Source: Felis catus
Lineage: Eukaryota
Reading direction: 5' to 3'
DNA: 64,000 nt
Assembly: GCF_018350175.1 (NCBI RefSeq)
Contig: NC_058368.1
Location: 212,414,001 to 212,478,000, forward strand
Part shown: piece by piece, positions 41,454 to 54,185 of the stretch
Numbering within the stretch: the first letter of the stretch is position 1
How the letters are laid out: each line of letters begins with the position of its first letter
The notes under the pieces: generated by a model
Databases searched by the model: none
Seen by the model: only the letters and a program-made list of their open reading frames with translations
What the model was told of the DNA's origin: nothing
Made by a program: the position numbers and the translations under genes

Positions 41454-41806
41454 CTCTGCACCAGGATGACCAGAAGTGGAATTCTTCAAGTGAATAGGTC
41501 CTTTTAGAGAATTCTTTCAACTATAGTTATGACTTTTTTTAAAAATCTAAACATATAATGAAATCTCCTTTGGCCGTATAAAAGACCAGATTTTCAATTA
41601 AATAACAAGTAAAAGGGTTGGCATATTATGTATCAAATAAGTGCCACAGGAAAGCCTGGATTTTCTAAGATAGGAAGAAGTATGCAAATCCTTAATATCA
41701 CTTGCATTAATGGGTTGCCAAGTTGTCATAAACCAATTATTCTTATTAAGTAATGAGTACATATTATGAAAATTCTTTCCCATTTTTTTCCCTTTATATA
41801 AATATT
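41454..41806 (-). pseudogene. Pseudo-exon
   Basis: Bounded ttttaacag| ... GAG|GTAAAG. Contains ORF 41598-41783 and SLKGPIHLK (cf. GREB1 LTKGPLICWK). Confidence 0.5.
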
Positions 41807-43170
41807 CTGTTAAAAGTTTTAGTCAAAACTGCTTTCTAGCAAGTGTTTATGATGTGATATGCTTTAGAAAAGCACCTCTTACTTGTGTTATGCTTGTAGT
41901 AAGCATTTTTCTTCTCTTGTTTTATCTAATATGTTTGAAAATTTTGTCTTTGAAAACATAAGTTTTCATTACTATAGGGATACTACATTATGACTTTCTT
42001 TTAATGGTTCATTCTTTTATTGACTTTAGTATTTACAAATATAAACTAATTCATATATTACATTTTAATGAAGTATAGCTATACTAGCACAAATTTAAGA
42101 TTCCTACAAGACATTTATGAAGCTTGAAATCAGTGTAAGTTTGATTCAGTTGCAAAATAGCAATTGAATACCTACTATCACTGTCTGAAATTATGTAAAA
42201 CAAGATCTTTATTTTTTTATCACCTCCTTCTGGAGTATTGAGTTTCATGAGAGCAGAACTTTTCATTTTTTTCAACTGCTAGATTCCTAGCACTTAGTAA
42301 GCTATCTGTAAATATTTGCTGAATGAGTTCACTTATTTAAAAATGTTTATTGTGGGTCTATAATGTGCCAAATATCTAGGCACTGGTGATAACGTACTGA
42401 ATAGGCCAATGTCCTGGGTTTTTGGAATTTACTTTCAAGTGGGAAGAGATAGATAATAACAAACAATTAAATATGTATATGTCTGATGTTGATAAGTACT
42501 AAGAAGAAAAATAAAGGAGGGCAAGGGGATAGAGTATAGGGTGGGGAGAGAACTGCAATCTTGCCTAGAGAATTCAGTGAAAGCCTCTCCGAGAAGGTGA
42601 GAAATGGGTGATTGTTACTGCCCTGGTGCCACTGCCACTAGAAATACTGAAAGAAAATGTGAACGACCTAGTTTTTCACCATAAGATGGTTATAATCTGA
42701 GGCATAGTCCAGACATATTACATATCGTATACTTAATGTACAAAGATAGTGCCATGCATACAGTGCTATGGAAACAATGCTTGGAGAATGGAACACAGCC
42801 AGATATTTTTAGCGAATAAAGTTTATGGTGGTTGGGTGGTAGAGGAGTAGAGATAGGCTAAAAATATAGAACTGAGTCTAGGCTTTGAAGATTCTGCCAG
42901 ATTAAGGACTTTGAGCTTCAGCCAGTATGTGGGGGTGGGGGGGAACTGATGGTAGGTATTTAGACCTCAAAAAGGAACTCTTAGATTTGTATTCTAAAAT
43001 AAAAGCTCAATGGAGGATGGACAAGGGGGCATGAGATTGGGTGAGCTGATGTTTTAACAAAATATCTGATCAAATATTACTTGAAATAACAGACTGTCAG
43101 TTGGGCTAAACCCTTTTTTCATCCAAATGAAGTGTGTGTCAGAGGTGGAGGGGGGTTACAAGATTATTTT

Positions 43171-46100
43171 TTTTTCATTTTTTTAATATGAAATTTATTG
43201 TCAAATTGGTTTTCATACAACACCCAATGCTCATCCCAAAAGATGCCCTCAATACCCATCACCCACCCTCCCCTCCCTTCCAACCCCCATCTACCCTCAG
43301 TTTGTTCTCAGTTTTTAAGAGTCTCTTATGCTTTGGCTCTCTCCCTATCTAACCTCCTTTTTTTTTTTCTTTACCTCCCTCGTGGACTTCTTGTAATTTT
43401 CTCAGATTCCACATAAGAGTGAAAACATATGGTATCTGTCTTTCTCTGTATGGCTTATTTCACTTAGCATAACACTCTCCAATTCCATCCACGTTGCTAC
43501 AAAAGACCATATTTCATTCTTTCTCACTGCCACGTAGTATTCCATTGTGTATATAAACCACAATTTCTTTATCCATTCGTCAGTTGATGGACATTTAGGC
43601 TCTTTCCATAATTTGGCTATAGTTGAGAGTGCTGCTGTAAACATTGGGGTACAAGTGCCCCTATGCATCAGTACTCCTGTATCCCTTGGGTAAATTCCTA
43701 GCAGTGCTATTGCAGGGTCATAGGGTAGATCTATTTTTAATTTTCTGAGGAACCTCCACACTGTTTTCCAGAGTGGCTGCACCAGTTTGCATTCCCACGA
43801 ACAATGCAGGAGGGTTCCCGTTTCTCCACATCCTCTCCAGCATCTATAGTCTCCTGATTTGTTCATTTTGGCCACTCTGACTGGCGTGAGGTGATATCTG
43901 AGTGTGGTTTTGATTTGTATTTCCCTGATGAGGAGCGATGTTGAGCATCTTTTCATGTGCCTGTTGGCCATCCGGATGTCTTCTTTAGAGAAGTGTCTAT
44001 TCATGTTTTCTGCCCATTTCTTCACTGGGTTATTTGTTTTTCGGGTGTGGAGTTTGGTGAGCTCTTTATAGATTTTGGATACTAGCCCTTTGCCTGATAT
44101 GTCATTTGCAAATATCTTTTCCCATTCCGTTGGTTGCCTTTTAGTTTTGTTGGTTGTTTCCTTTGCTGTGCAGAAGCTTTTTATCTTGATGAGGTCCCAG
44201 TAGTTCATTTTGCTTTTAATTCCCTTGCCTTTGGGGATGTGTCAATTAAGAAATTGCTATGGCTGAGGTCAGAGAGGTCTTTTCCTGCTTTCTCCTCTAG
44301 GGTTTTGATGGTTTCCTGTCTCACATTCAGGTCCCTTATCCATTTTGAGTTTATTTTTGTGAGTGGTGTGAAAAAGTGGTCTAGTTTCATCCTTCTACAT
44401 GTTGCTGTCCAGTTCTCCCAGCACCATTTGTTAAAGAGACTGTCTTTTTTCCATTGGATATTCTTTCCTGCTTTGTCAAAGATGAGTTGGCCATACTTTT
44501 GTGGGTCTACTTCTGGGGTTTCTATTCTATTCCATTGGTCTATGTGTCTGTTTTTGTGCCAATACCATGCTGTCTTGATGATGACAGCTTTGTAGTAGAG
44601 GCTAAAGTCTGGGATTGTGATGCCTCCTGCTTTGGTCTTCTTCTTCAAAATTACTTTGGCTATTCGGGGCCTTTTGTGGTTCCATACAAATTTTAGGATT
44701 GCTTGTTCTAGCATCGAGAAGAATGCTGGTGCAATTTTGATTGGGATTGCATTGAATGTGTAGATAGCTTTGGGTAGTACTGACATTTTGACAATATTTA
44801 TTTTTCCAACCCATGAGCACAGAATGTTTTTCCATTTCTTTATATCTTCTTCAATTTCCTTCATAAGCTTTCTATAGTTTTCAGCATACAGATCTTGTAC
44901 ATCTTTGGTTAGATTTATTCCTAGGTATTTTATGCTTCTTGGTGCAATTGTGAATGGGATCATTTTCTTTATTTGTCTTTCTGTTGCTTCATTATGAGTG
45001 TATAAGAATGCAACTGATTTCTGTACATTGATTTTGTATCCTGCGACTTTGCTGAATTCATGTATCAGTTCTAGTAGGCTTTTGCTGGAGTCTGTTGGAT
45101 TTTCCATGTATACTATCATGTCATCTGCAAAAAGTGAAAACTTGACTTCATCTTTGCCAATTTTGATGCCTTTTATTTCCTTTTGTTGTCTGATTGCTGA
45201 TGCTAGAACGTGCAACACCATGTTCAACAACAGTGGAGAGAGTGGACATCCCTGTCGTGTTCCTGATCTCAGGGATAAAGCTCTCAGTTTTTCCCCATTG
45301 AGGATGATATTGGCTGAGGGATTTTCATAAATGGCTTTTATGATGTTTAAGTATGTTCCTTCTATCCCAACTTTCTCGAGGGTTTTTACTAAGAAAGGAT
45401 GCTGAATTTTGTCAAATGCTTTTTCTGCATCGATTGACAGGATCATATGGTTCTTATCTTTTCTTTTATTAATGTGATGTATCACGTTGATTGATTTGCG
45501 AATGTTGAACCAGCCCTGCAGCCCAGGAATGAACCCCACTTGATCATGGTGAATAATTCTTTTTATATGCTGTTGAATTCGATTTGCTAGTATCTTATTG
45601 AGAATTTGCTAGTATCTTATTGAGAATTTTACAGGGATATTGGCCTGTAGTTCCCTTTTTTTACTGGGTCTCTGGTTTAGGAATCAAAGTAATGCTGGCT
45701 TCATAGAATGAGTCTGGAAGTTTTCCTTCCCTTTCTACTTTTTGGAATAGCTTGAGAAGGATAGGTATTATTTCTGCTTTAAACGTCTCATAGAATTCCC
45801 CAGGGAAGGCATCTGGTCCTGGACTCTTATTTGTTGGGAGATTTGTGATAACTGATTCAATTTCTTTGCTGGTTATGGGTCTGTTCAATCTTCTATTTCT
45901 TCCTGTTTGAGTTTTGGAAGTGTGTGGGTGTTTAGGAATTTGTCCATTTCTTCCAGGTTGTCCAGTTTATTGGCATATAATTTTTCATAGTATTCTCTGT
46001 ATTGCTTGTATTGCTTGTATTTGTGAGGGATTGGTTGCAGTAATTCCATTTTCATTCATGATTGTATCAGTTTGGGTCATCTCTCTTTTCTTTTTGAGAA

Positions 46101-48940
46101 GCCTAGCTAGAGGTTTATCAATTTTGTTTATTTTTTCAAAAAACCAACTCAAGTTTCATAGATCTGCTCTACAGTTTTTTTAGATTCTATATTGTTTATT
46201 TCTGCTCTGATCTTTATTATTTCTCTTTTTCTGCTGGGTTTGGGGTGTGTCAGCTCTTCTGCTTCTAGTTCCTTTAGGTGTGCTGTTAGATTTTTGTTTG
46301 GGACTTTTCTTGTTTCTTGAGATAGGCCTGGATTGAAATGTATTTTTCTCTCAGAGCTGCCTTCGCTGAATCCCAAAGCGTTTGGGTTGTTGTATTTTCA
46401 TTTTCGTTTGTTTCCATACATTTCTTTTTTTTTTTTTTTTTAATTTTTTTTTCAACGTTTATTTATTTTTGGGACAGAGAGAGACAGAGCATGAACGGGG
46501 GAGGGGCAGAGAGAGAGGGAGACACAGAATCGGAAACAGGCTCCAGGTTCTGAGCCATCAGCCCAGAGCCCGACGCGGGGCTCGAACTCACAGACCGCGA
46601 GATCGTGACCTTGCTGAAGTCAGACGCTTAACCGACTGCGCCACCCAGGCGCCCCATCCATACATTTCTTAATATCTTCTCTAATTGCCTGGTTGACCCA
46701 CTCATTCTTTAGTAGGGTGTTCTTTAACCTCCATGCTTTTGGAGGTTTCCAGACTTTTTCCTGTGGTTGATTTCAAGCTTCATAGCATTGTGGTCTGAAA
46801 GTATGCATAGTATGATCTCAATTCTTGTATACTTATGAAGGGCTGTTTTGTGACCCAGCATGTGATCTATCTTGGAGAATGCTCCATGTGCACTCGAGAA
46901 GAAAGTATATTCTGTTCCTTTGGGAGGCAGAGTTCTAAATATATTTGTCAAGTCCATCTGATCCAATGTGTCATTCAGGGCCCTTGTTTCTTTATTGTCC
47001 GTGTGTCTAGATGATCTGTGCATTTCTGTAAGTGGAGTGTTAAAGTCCCCTGCAATTACCACATTCTTATCAATAAGGTTGCTTATGTTTGTGAGTAATT
47101 GTTTTATATATTTGGGGGCTCCCATGTTTGGCGCATAGACATTTATAATTGTTAGCTCTACCTGATGGATAGACCCTGTGATTATTATATAATGCCCTTC
47201 TTCATCTCTTGTTACAGCCTTTAATTTAAAGTCTAGTTTGTCTGATATAAGTATGGATACTCCAGCTTTCTTTTGACTTCCAGTAGCATGATAGATAGTT
47301 CTCCATCCCCTTACTTTCAATCATGAAAGTGTCCTCAGGTCTAAAATGAGTTTCTTGTAGACAGCAAATAGATGGCTCTTGTTTTTTTATCCATTCTGAT
47401 ACCCTATGTCTTTTGGTTGGGCATTTAGTCCATTTACATTCAGTGTTATTATAGGAAGATATGGGTTTAGAGTCATTGTGATGTCTGTAGGTTTCATGCT
47501 TGTAGTGATGTCTCTGGTGCTTTGTGGTCCTTGCAACATTTCACTCACAGAATCCCCCTTAAGATCTCTTGTAGGGCTGGTTTAGTGGCGATGAATTCCT
47601 TCAGTTTTTGTTTGTTTGGGAAGACCTTTACCTCTCCTTCTATTCTGAATGACAGACTTGCTGGATAAAGCATTCTTGGCTGCATTTTGTTTTCTGTTCA
47701 TCACATTGAAGATTTCCTGCCATTCCTTTCTGGAGTGCCAAGTTTTAGTAGATAGATCCGTCATGAGTCTTATCAGTCTCCCTTTGTAATTTAGAGCCTG
47801 TTTATCCCTAGCTGCTTTCAGAATTTTCTCTTTATCCTCTATTTTGCCAGTTTCACTATGATATGTTGTGCAGAAGATCGATTCAAGTTACGTCTGAAGG
47901 GAGTTCTCTGTGCCTCTTGGATTTCAATGCCTTTTTCCATCCCCAGGTCAGGGAAATTCTCAGCTATAATTTCTTCAAGTACACCTTCAGTACCTTTCCC
48001 TCTCTCTTCCTCCTATGGAATTCCAATTATATGTATATTATTGGGTTTAATTGTTTCACTGAGTTCTCTAATTCTCCCCTCATACTCCTGGATTTTTTTA
48101 TCTCTCTTTTTCTCAGCTTCCCCTTTTTCCATAATTTTATCTTCTAGTTCACCTATTCTCTCCTCTGCCTCTTCAATCTGAGCTGTGGTCACCTTCATTT
48201 CATTTTGCATCTCATTTATAGCATTTTGTAGCTCCTCCTGACTGTTTGTTAGTCCCTTGATCTCTGTAGTAATAGATTCTTGCTGTCTTCTCTACTTTTT
48301 TCAAGCCCAGCGATTAATTTTATGACTATTATTTTAAATTCACTTTCTGTTACATTGCTTAAATCGTTTTTGATAGTTCGTTAGCTGTTGCTACTTCCTG
48401 GAGTTTCTTTTGAGGATAATTCTTCCGTTTCGTCCTTTCGGATACTCCCTGGAGTGGCATGGAACTGCAGGGCTCTTCCTCTGTACTGTCTGGAGTAACT
48501 TGTGTTGGTGGGTGGGGCCACAGTCAGATCTGATGTCTGCCCCCAGCCCACCGTTGGGGCCACAGTCAGACTGGTATGTACTTATCTTCCCCTCTCCCAG
48601 AAGCTGGCCTCACTGTGGAGTGGTGTGGCCCCTGTCTGGGCTACTTGCACATTGCCAGGCTTGTGGTGCTACTTCGATGGGTTCTGGTGTATTAGCTGGG
48701 GTGGATCTGCAAGGTGCATAGGGGCGGGAGGGGCAGGCTCAGCTCGCTTTACCTTTTGTGGTCAGCTTTGGGAGAGGCCCCTCTTCCGTGGGCCTCTCGT
48801 CTACGCTTGGCTCCAGAGAGCCCGTTTTGCTAGTCTTCTGGTGGTTTTCTGAGTTATTTAGTCAGACATGGGTGTAATCTAAGTGGTCAGCAGGACGTGG
48901 TGAGCCCAGCATCTTCCTATGCTGCCATCTTCCTCGTCCT
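43171..48940 (-). mobile_element. LINE-1 copy C: full-length ends, internal 5'UTR deletion, ORFs disrupted, nested SINE
   Basis: ORF2 fragments 43402-44208, 44205-45539 (FADDM) and 46724-47320. Perfect 13-bp TSD caagattattttt at 43158-43170 and 48941-48953. Confidence 0.98.
46427..46655 (-). mobile_element. Young felid CanSINE (SINEC_Fc-type) nested in L1-C
   Basis: tRNA-derived head, (CT)n and A tail with CpGs intact. TSD tccatacatttctt at 46413-46426 and 46657-46670. Confidence 0.95.
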
Positions 48941-49414
48941 GCAAGATTATTTTTAATTGTAGAACTGGATCGTTCTATGAGTCATAAGAAAAAAAAGTAA
49001 ATAATATGTGATGATGAAAATTCTAGCTGAGATGCTAAAATCAAGAGAAAGATAAGAATAAAGATTTATAATCTTATAACTATAAAATTATTATAATTTG
49101 TGCAGGGGAAACACTCAGTTTGTCTATTTATACTTGTTTTTCTTCTTTTAATCCACATGGTGTCATTTTTTACATGTGTTTTATGAGAGAAATTATTTTT
49201 CTTTCATAGGCAATAGTGATGACTCACTTTATCCCTTTTGAGTATTAGAGGCTCTGATTTCATTCAGGAGATTTTCTTATTCACCAGACAGTGTATTAGA
49301 CATTTTTTTCTAGTTTGAACTTGCCTTGGGAAAAAATTTGTAAATATATTAGCATTGCTTATACTACCCTCACATACAAAATTTAGTTAGCAAAAACTCA
49401 ACTTGATGAGGAAT

Positions 49415-49830
49415 CTGTAGTAGTTTTCCTAGGGCTTTTGGAACAAAGTGCCACAGACTGGGTGGCTAAAACAACAGATTTTTTTTTGTCTCATGGTTCT
49501 GGAAAGTAGACATCTAAGATCAAGGTATAGGAGCTGTTGTTTCCTTATGAGGGCAGTGAGGAAAATATCAGTCCAGCCTGTCTTCTTGGCTTGTAGATGA
49601 CTGTCTTCTTCCTGTTTCTTCATAGGTCTTCCCTGTGTGTGTCTGAATTTCTTCTTGCAATGAGACAGTAATATTGGATTAGGGCTCCTTCAAATGACCT
49701 TATGTTAAGTAACTTGATTACCTCTGTTAATGACCCTGTCTCGAAATATGGTCACATTCTGAGGTTTTGGGTTTAGAGTTTCAACATACAAAGTTTGGGG
49801 AGTGGAGAGGACACAATTCAGCTCATAGCA
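49415..49830 (-). mobile_element. MaLR LTR (MLT1-type)
   Basis: tagttttcctagggct...aacaaagtgccacagactgggtggc...acacaattcagc. Confidence 0.75.
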
Positions 49831-50771
49831 AAGTCTAAATATTTTTCTTTTTTCTCCATATCTCCAGTATCCCTAAGGTGACAATTTTCGTTTAAGTGAC
49901 CTCTCTCCTTTCACAGGAACTTCTGGTTTCTTGCTTATCATCACTTTTCCTCATTAGCAAGGTCATTAAATATCTGGCTGCATATTACTGAAAATTTTGG
50001 GGGGGATAATTTGCTTATAGTCTTCACTAATTATTTTAGCTTACAGCCATGTTTCCTTCTCTGATTTTCTGTAGCACAGCCATGTATAATTTAGTACTTT
50101 AATCATGAGCTTTTTTTTTAAATCGTGGACTTTTTTTTCTTCATTGCAGATTTGTAAATGTTTTTTTAAGATTTTGCACATCTCGAAAGCTGGTATGCTT
50201 CTGGTGTTTTTTTTTTTTTTCTCTGTTCTTCAAAATATTTAGCATAATTTCAGGTCCCCAGTTGGTACTTGAGGAATTTGTTTACAGACACACTGTAGTG
50301 TAGTTACCCCAGATTTTTAAATGAGAGCTGTGGAATCTGAATTATGAAGCTTGTAGTAGGAAAAGGCTAAACTGGGGGAGATAAATGGCATAATGTGATG
50401 GAAAATGAACAGAATATTTGTGTTTGAATACTGACTCTGCTGTTTGCCCACTTTGTGATTTTAGAAAAGTTATTTATCGTCTCTGAACCACTTCCTCATC
50501 AGTAAAATAGGGATATTATTAACAGCTAGCTCATAAAATTACTGTGAAGATTAAATAGGATGCATGCAGTATTTGGGACAATGTTTAGCATATGTGATTC
50601 AATCATAAGATGCATATTACTATATTCATACTTTAACATTTCTGAATTCAGAATGTACCATATAATTAGTGCCAAAGAAAATTTGCCATCCTTCAGACAG
50701 GAAATTGGGTGTAACATAGTCCTTATATCTATATGTGTGGACTTACTCATGCAGAGAATATAACTACTCAC

Positions 50772-50960
50772 CCAGTTGATGCTTTGTACTAATAGCATAA
50801 GCTTAAATTTTGATGTCTAATTATTGCTTCAAATGTTTTCAGAAGGATTATGTTATGATCCTTTGACATAGCTTAGACATCAATAGTTATTGTGGAGTAG
50901 AAGATCACCTATCAGACGCCATATAATTCGATTAAAGACAATAGAAGTTTTCAGATTTTT
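50772..50960 (-). pseudogene. Candidate pseudo-exon
   Basis: Canonical donor TGG|GTGAGT at 50771. Frame NLKTSIVFNRIIWRLIGDLLLHNNY*. Acceptor uncertain (50908 or ~50960). Confidence 0.4.
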
Positions 50961-51280
50961 TTGAAATTAATTGTATAATTTTCAGAATTAGTAACAGTTA
51001 TATTACCAGTTCAGGAATAATAAAGAACAAACACTAAAGCTAATCCTATGGAAATAGTCAACCCAAACTGCAGGACATTCTGCAAAAGAACTGCTCTTAA
51101 AATATATCAGTCTCAGGAAAAGCAAAGAAAGTTGAGAAAGTATTTAGCATTAAAGGAGGCTAAACTGGCACGACCACTAAATTGAATGTATCCTTCTGGA
51201 TTGAATCTCGAATTAGAAAAAATAAAATTACTGTAAAGGATAGCACTGGGTTAAATGGTAAAATTTGGTATGGACTTTTT

Positions 51281-51484
51281 TTCTTAATGTTTATTTATTT
51301 TAAGAGAGAGAGATAGAATGGGGGATGGTAGAGAGACAGGGAGAGGGAGAGGGAGAGAATCCTAAGCAGGCTCCTCACTGTCAGCGTACAGCCCGATGTG
51401 GGGCTTAAACTCACAAACTGTGAGATCTTGACCTGAGCCGAAATCATGAGTTGGACACTTGTAACTGAGCCACCCAGGTGCCCC
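51281..51484 (-). mobile_element. CanSINE
   Basis: TSD tggacttttt. Confidence 0.88.
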
Positions 51485-52047
51485 ATGGTGTGGACTTTTT
51501 GATAATAATATGATATCAATGTTAAATTTTCCATTTTTTTACTATTATACTTACTAGATTTATATAATATTATTGAATATGTAATTCATCTAATTATGCT
51601 GAATTATTTAAGAGTTATCACAGATTGAGTTCCCAGAAAGTTTATGAGAGGCCACCGCTTGTGTAGAGTGAGCAAGTAGAATTAGGTTGAGACTGGCACT
51701 ACAATGCTGCCGTAACAGAGAACTCAGCTGATGAGACAAGTCGCTCTGAAGCTGAGATGGCCTTATTCGGCTGTCCTGAATTTGAGGCCAGCAGGGAAAA
51801 CATTTATATCATTGCTTTGGCCAGTCATTGGGTATAAGATGTACCAGGGAAGAGTGTATGACCTTTGTCAAGGTGGGTCTCTTTAACCAAGGATAGTTTC
51901 AGAAGGGGACTCAGTTGCAAGCTATTCATTGCCAAACTCTTGTACGTGTCAGACCACAGTGTCCACTCTGGTCATGGTATTTGCAATTTACTCTAAAATG
52001 ACTCTGCAAATGACATATTCTATAAAAATATAAATAAAAACAAGAAT

Positions 52048-52392
52048 AGAGTATATTATGCTAAGCAAAATAAGTCAGTCAGAGAAACACAAATATCATA
52101 TGGTTTCACTCATATGTGGAATTTAAGAAACACAACAGATGAATATGAGGGAAGGAAAGGAAAAATAAGGTAAAAACAGAGAGGGAGGCAAACCATGAGA
52201 CAAATACAGAGAACAAATAGAGTTGCTGGAGGGGAGGCAGGGGGATGGGCTAAATGGGTGATGGGCATTAAGGAGGGCACTTTTTATGATGAGCACTGGT
52301 GTTATATGTAACTGATGAATCACTGGGTTCTACTCCTGAAACTAATACTACACTGTATCTTAACTAACTTGAATTTAAATAAATTAATTTTT
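52048..52392 (+). mobile_element. Carnivore L1 3' end
   Basis: ORF2 end (atgctaagcaaaataagtcagtcagagaaa) plus 3'UTR. Confidence 0.85.
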
Positions 52393-53364
52393 AAAAAGGA
52401 ATGTGGAAAAGCAGGAAAGGGAAAGTTAAAATTGGCAAAATACTAAATAACTGGTAAAACTAAGTGAAGAGTATACTGTTCTCAATTTTTCTGTAGGTTT
52501 GAATTTTTTATTTTCAACAACTCAAAAGCTTAAAAAATGAAATTCCCTGATGATTCCAATATACCACCAAACCAGGGGACTATAAGACAGAGTCATATGT
52601 AGAATTCATTTCAGCTCTAAAATGATGGGACTCTATGACATGATCAGATAACTCATGAAGCATTTGCTTGGACTCTTGATTCTACAGAACCACAGCATAC
52701 TTCCTCTGTGCTTTTTTTTTTTTTTGACATGAGTTTGCAAACTTTGGTGAATATTATTCAATTAAGTTGGCTTGAGGAATTGTGACACCAAAGTGGGATT
52801 GAAAAACCAAAACTGTTCTTTTTTTTCCCATTTTGTTGATCAACAGTACACAAGTTTCTGTTAAAGATAAATCATTCCACATTTGTGGAAAAACAGAGAA
52901 GCTAAGAATATATTATGTAAATTTAAGATAAAGTTACTGGATCTTTCAGTTAGTAAAATTCTGTTGTGGTCGATACATACTGTCAATACTTTCTTGAAAG
53001 ACTGCTCCAAGAGAAGCAGATATCTTTGTCTTTATTAAAAGTCAAAGGAATATGGCAGGCAGAGAAAAATTTATCTCTTTAATTGTGAAATCTTTGAGAT
53101 ACTTGTTTATTATGAAATTGTTTTTAAAATAAACAATATCTTAAAGATTTAAAATAAACAGTATTTCTTTGTTGTCTTGTATCGTTATCTCACTGGACTG
53201 AAATGTATCTGAAATACCCCTGGTTTTAGGTTGGATGATGGTCATGTCTTCCCACTTTGTTCTCAATGTTAAATTGAAAAGAATACTAAGAACGGTTGTT
53301 TCCTTATGAAAGGTTGGGTGGCTCCTTTATTACAGGGATCTTGAATGCATTCAACATTTTTTTG

Positions 53365-53595
53365 AGAATAGGCTCTGAAGCCAGTCTGCCTGGATCCGAA
53401 TTCCAGTTTTAACACATAGCTGCATGTCCTTGGGAAAATTACTTAACTGCTGTGTGTCTCAATTTCCCCATATATAAAATACAGGTAATAATAGTACCTA
53501 TGTTATCGAGTTGTTTTGAAGATTAACTGAGTTAAAATATGTAGAATGCCTGGCATGTAAGTGCTTAATAACTATTGGATGTTATTATTGTCATC
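53365..53595 (+). mobile_element. MIR
   Basis: ggctctgaagccag...ttacttaac...ctcaatttccccat...ataatagtacct. Confidence 0.75.
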
Positions 53596-54031
53596 ATTAC
53601 TAGGTATCTACATTCTGTACTAGACTCATATATTTTAACTTATATCATTATTATTTCATTGATTTTCTAAAAATGTAGATGCAAGTTAAGTAATTTTAAA
53701 CCTGAAATTATCTAGGTCATCTAGTTAGTAAGTTGAAGAGCTGGAATTCAAAGTGCACGCCCAGTTTCTTTTCACCATTGTGGACTCATGGGTAGGTGAA
53801 TGTATTTCTCTACCATATGCTACAGATATGTGTATCTGTGTACATTGTTTCCTATCAGATTAGAAGTCATTAAGAATGAATTCTATTTTTTATTCATATT
53901 TGTGTCCCATGCAATAGCTAGTTTAGTGCCTTGAAGATAACAGTTGTTCAGTGATTATTTATCCCCCAAATTCCTAAACAAAAGTGCTATTGATTCTTAA
54001 AGGATAGTTGATGCTTGTATTTTGGTTTTAC

Positions 54032-54185
54032 ATATCTCTATTCCCGCATTTAGTAAGGATGCAGCAGATCCATTTAAGCTTCTCACAGGGAATTGGCAAA
54101 TCTGAACTTTGCTCTTTCCAACAATGAAGTTTAATGGTTCTTTGATTCCACTATGGTTTTGTGTGAAACAAGCCTCATTCTTTGA
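54032..54185 (-). pseudogene. Pseudo-exon
   Basis: Bounded aaag|...|GTAAAA. VKE*GLFHTKP*WNQRTIKLHCWKEQ weakly resembles GREB1 GKKGFCYFTEFSNHINLKL. Confidence 0.45.
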
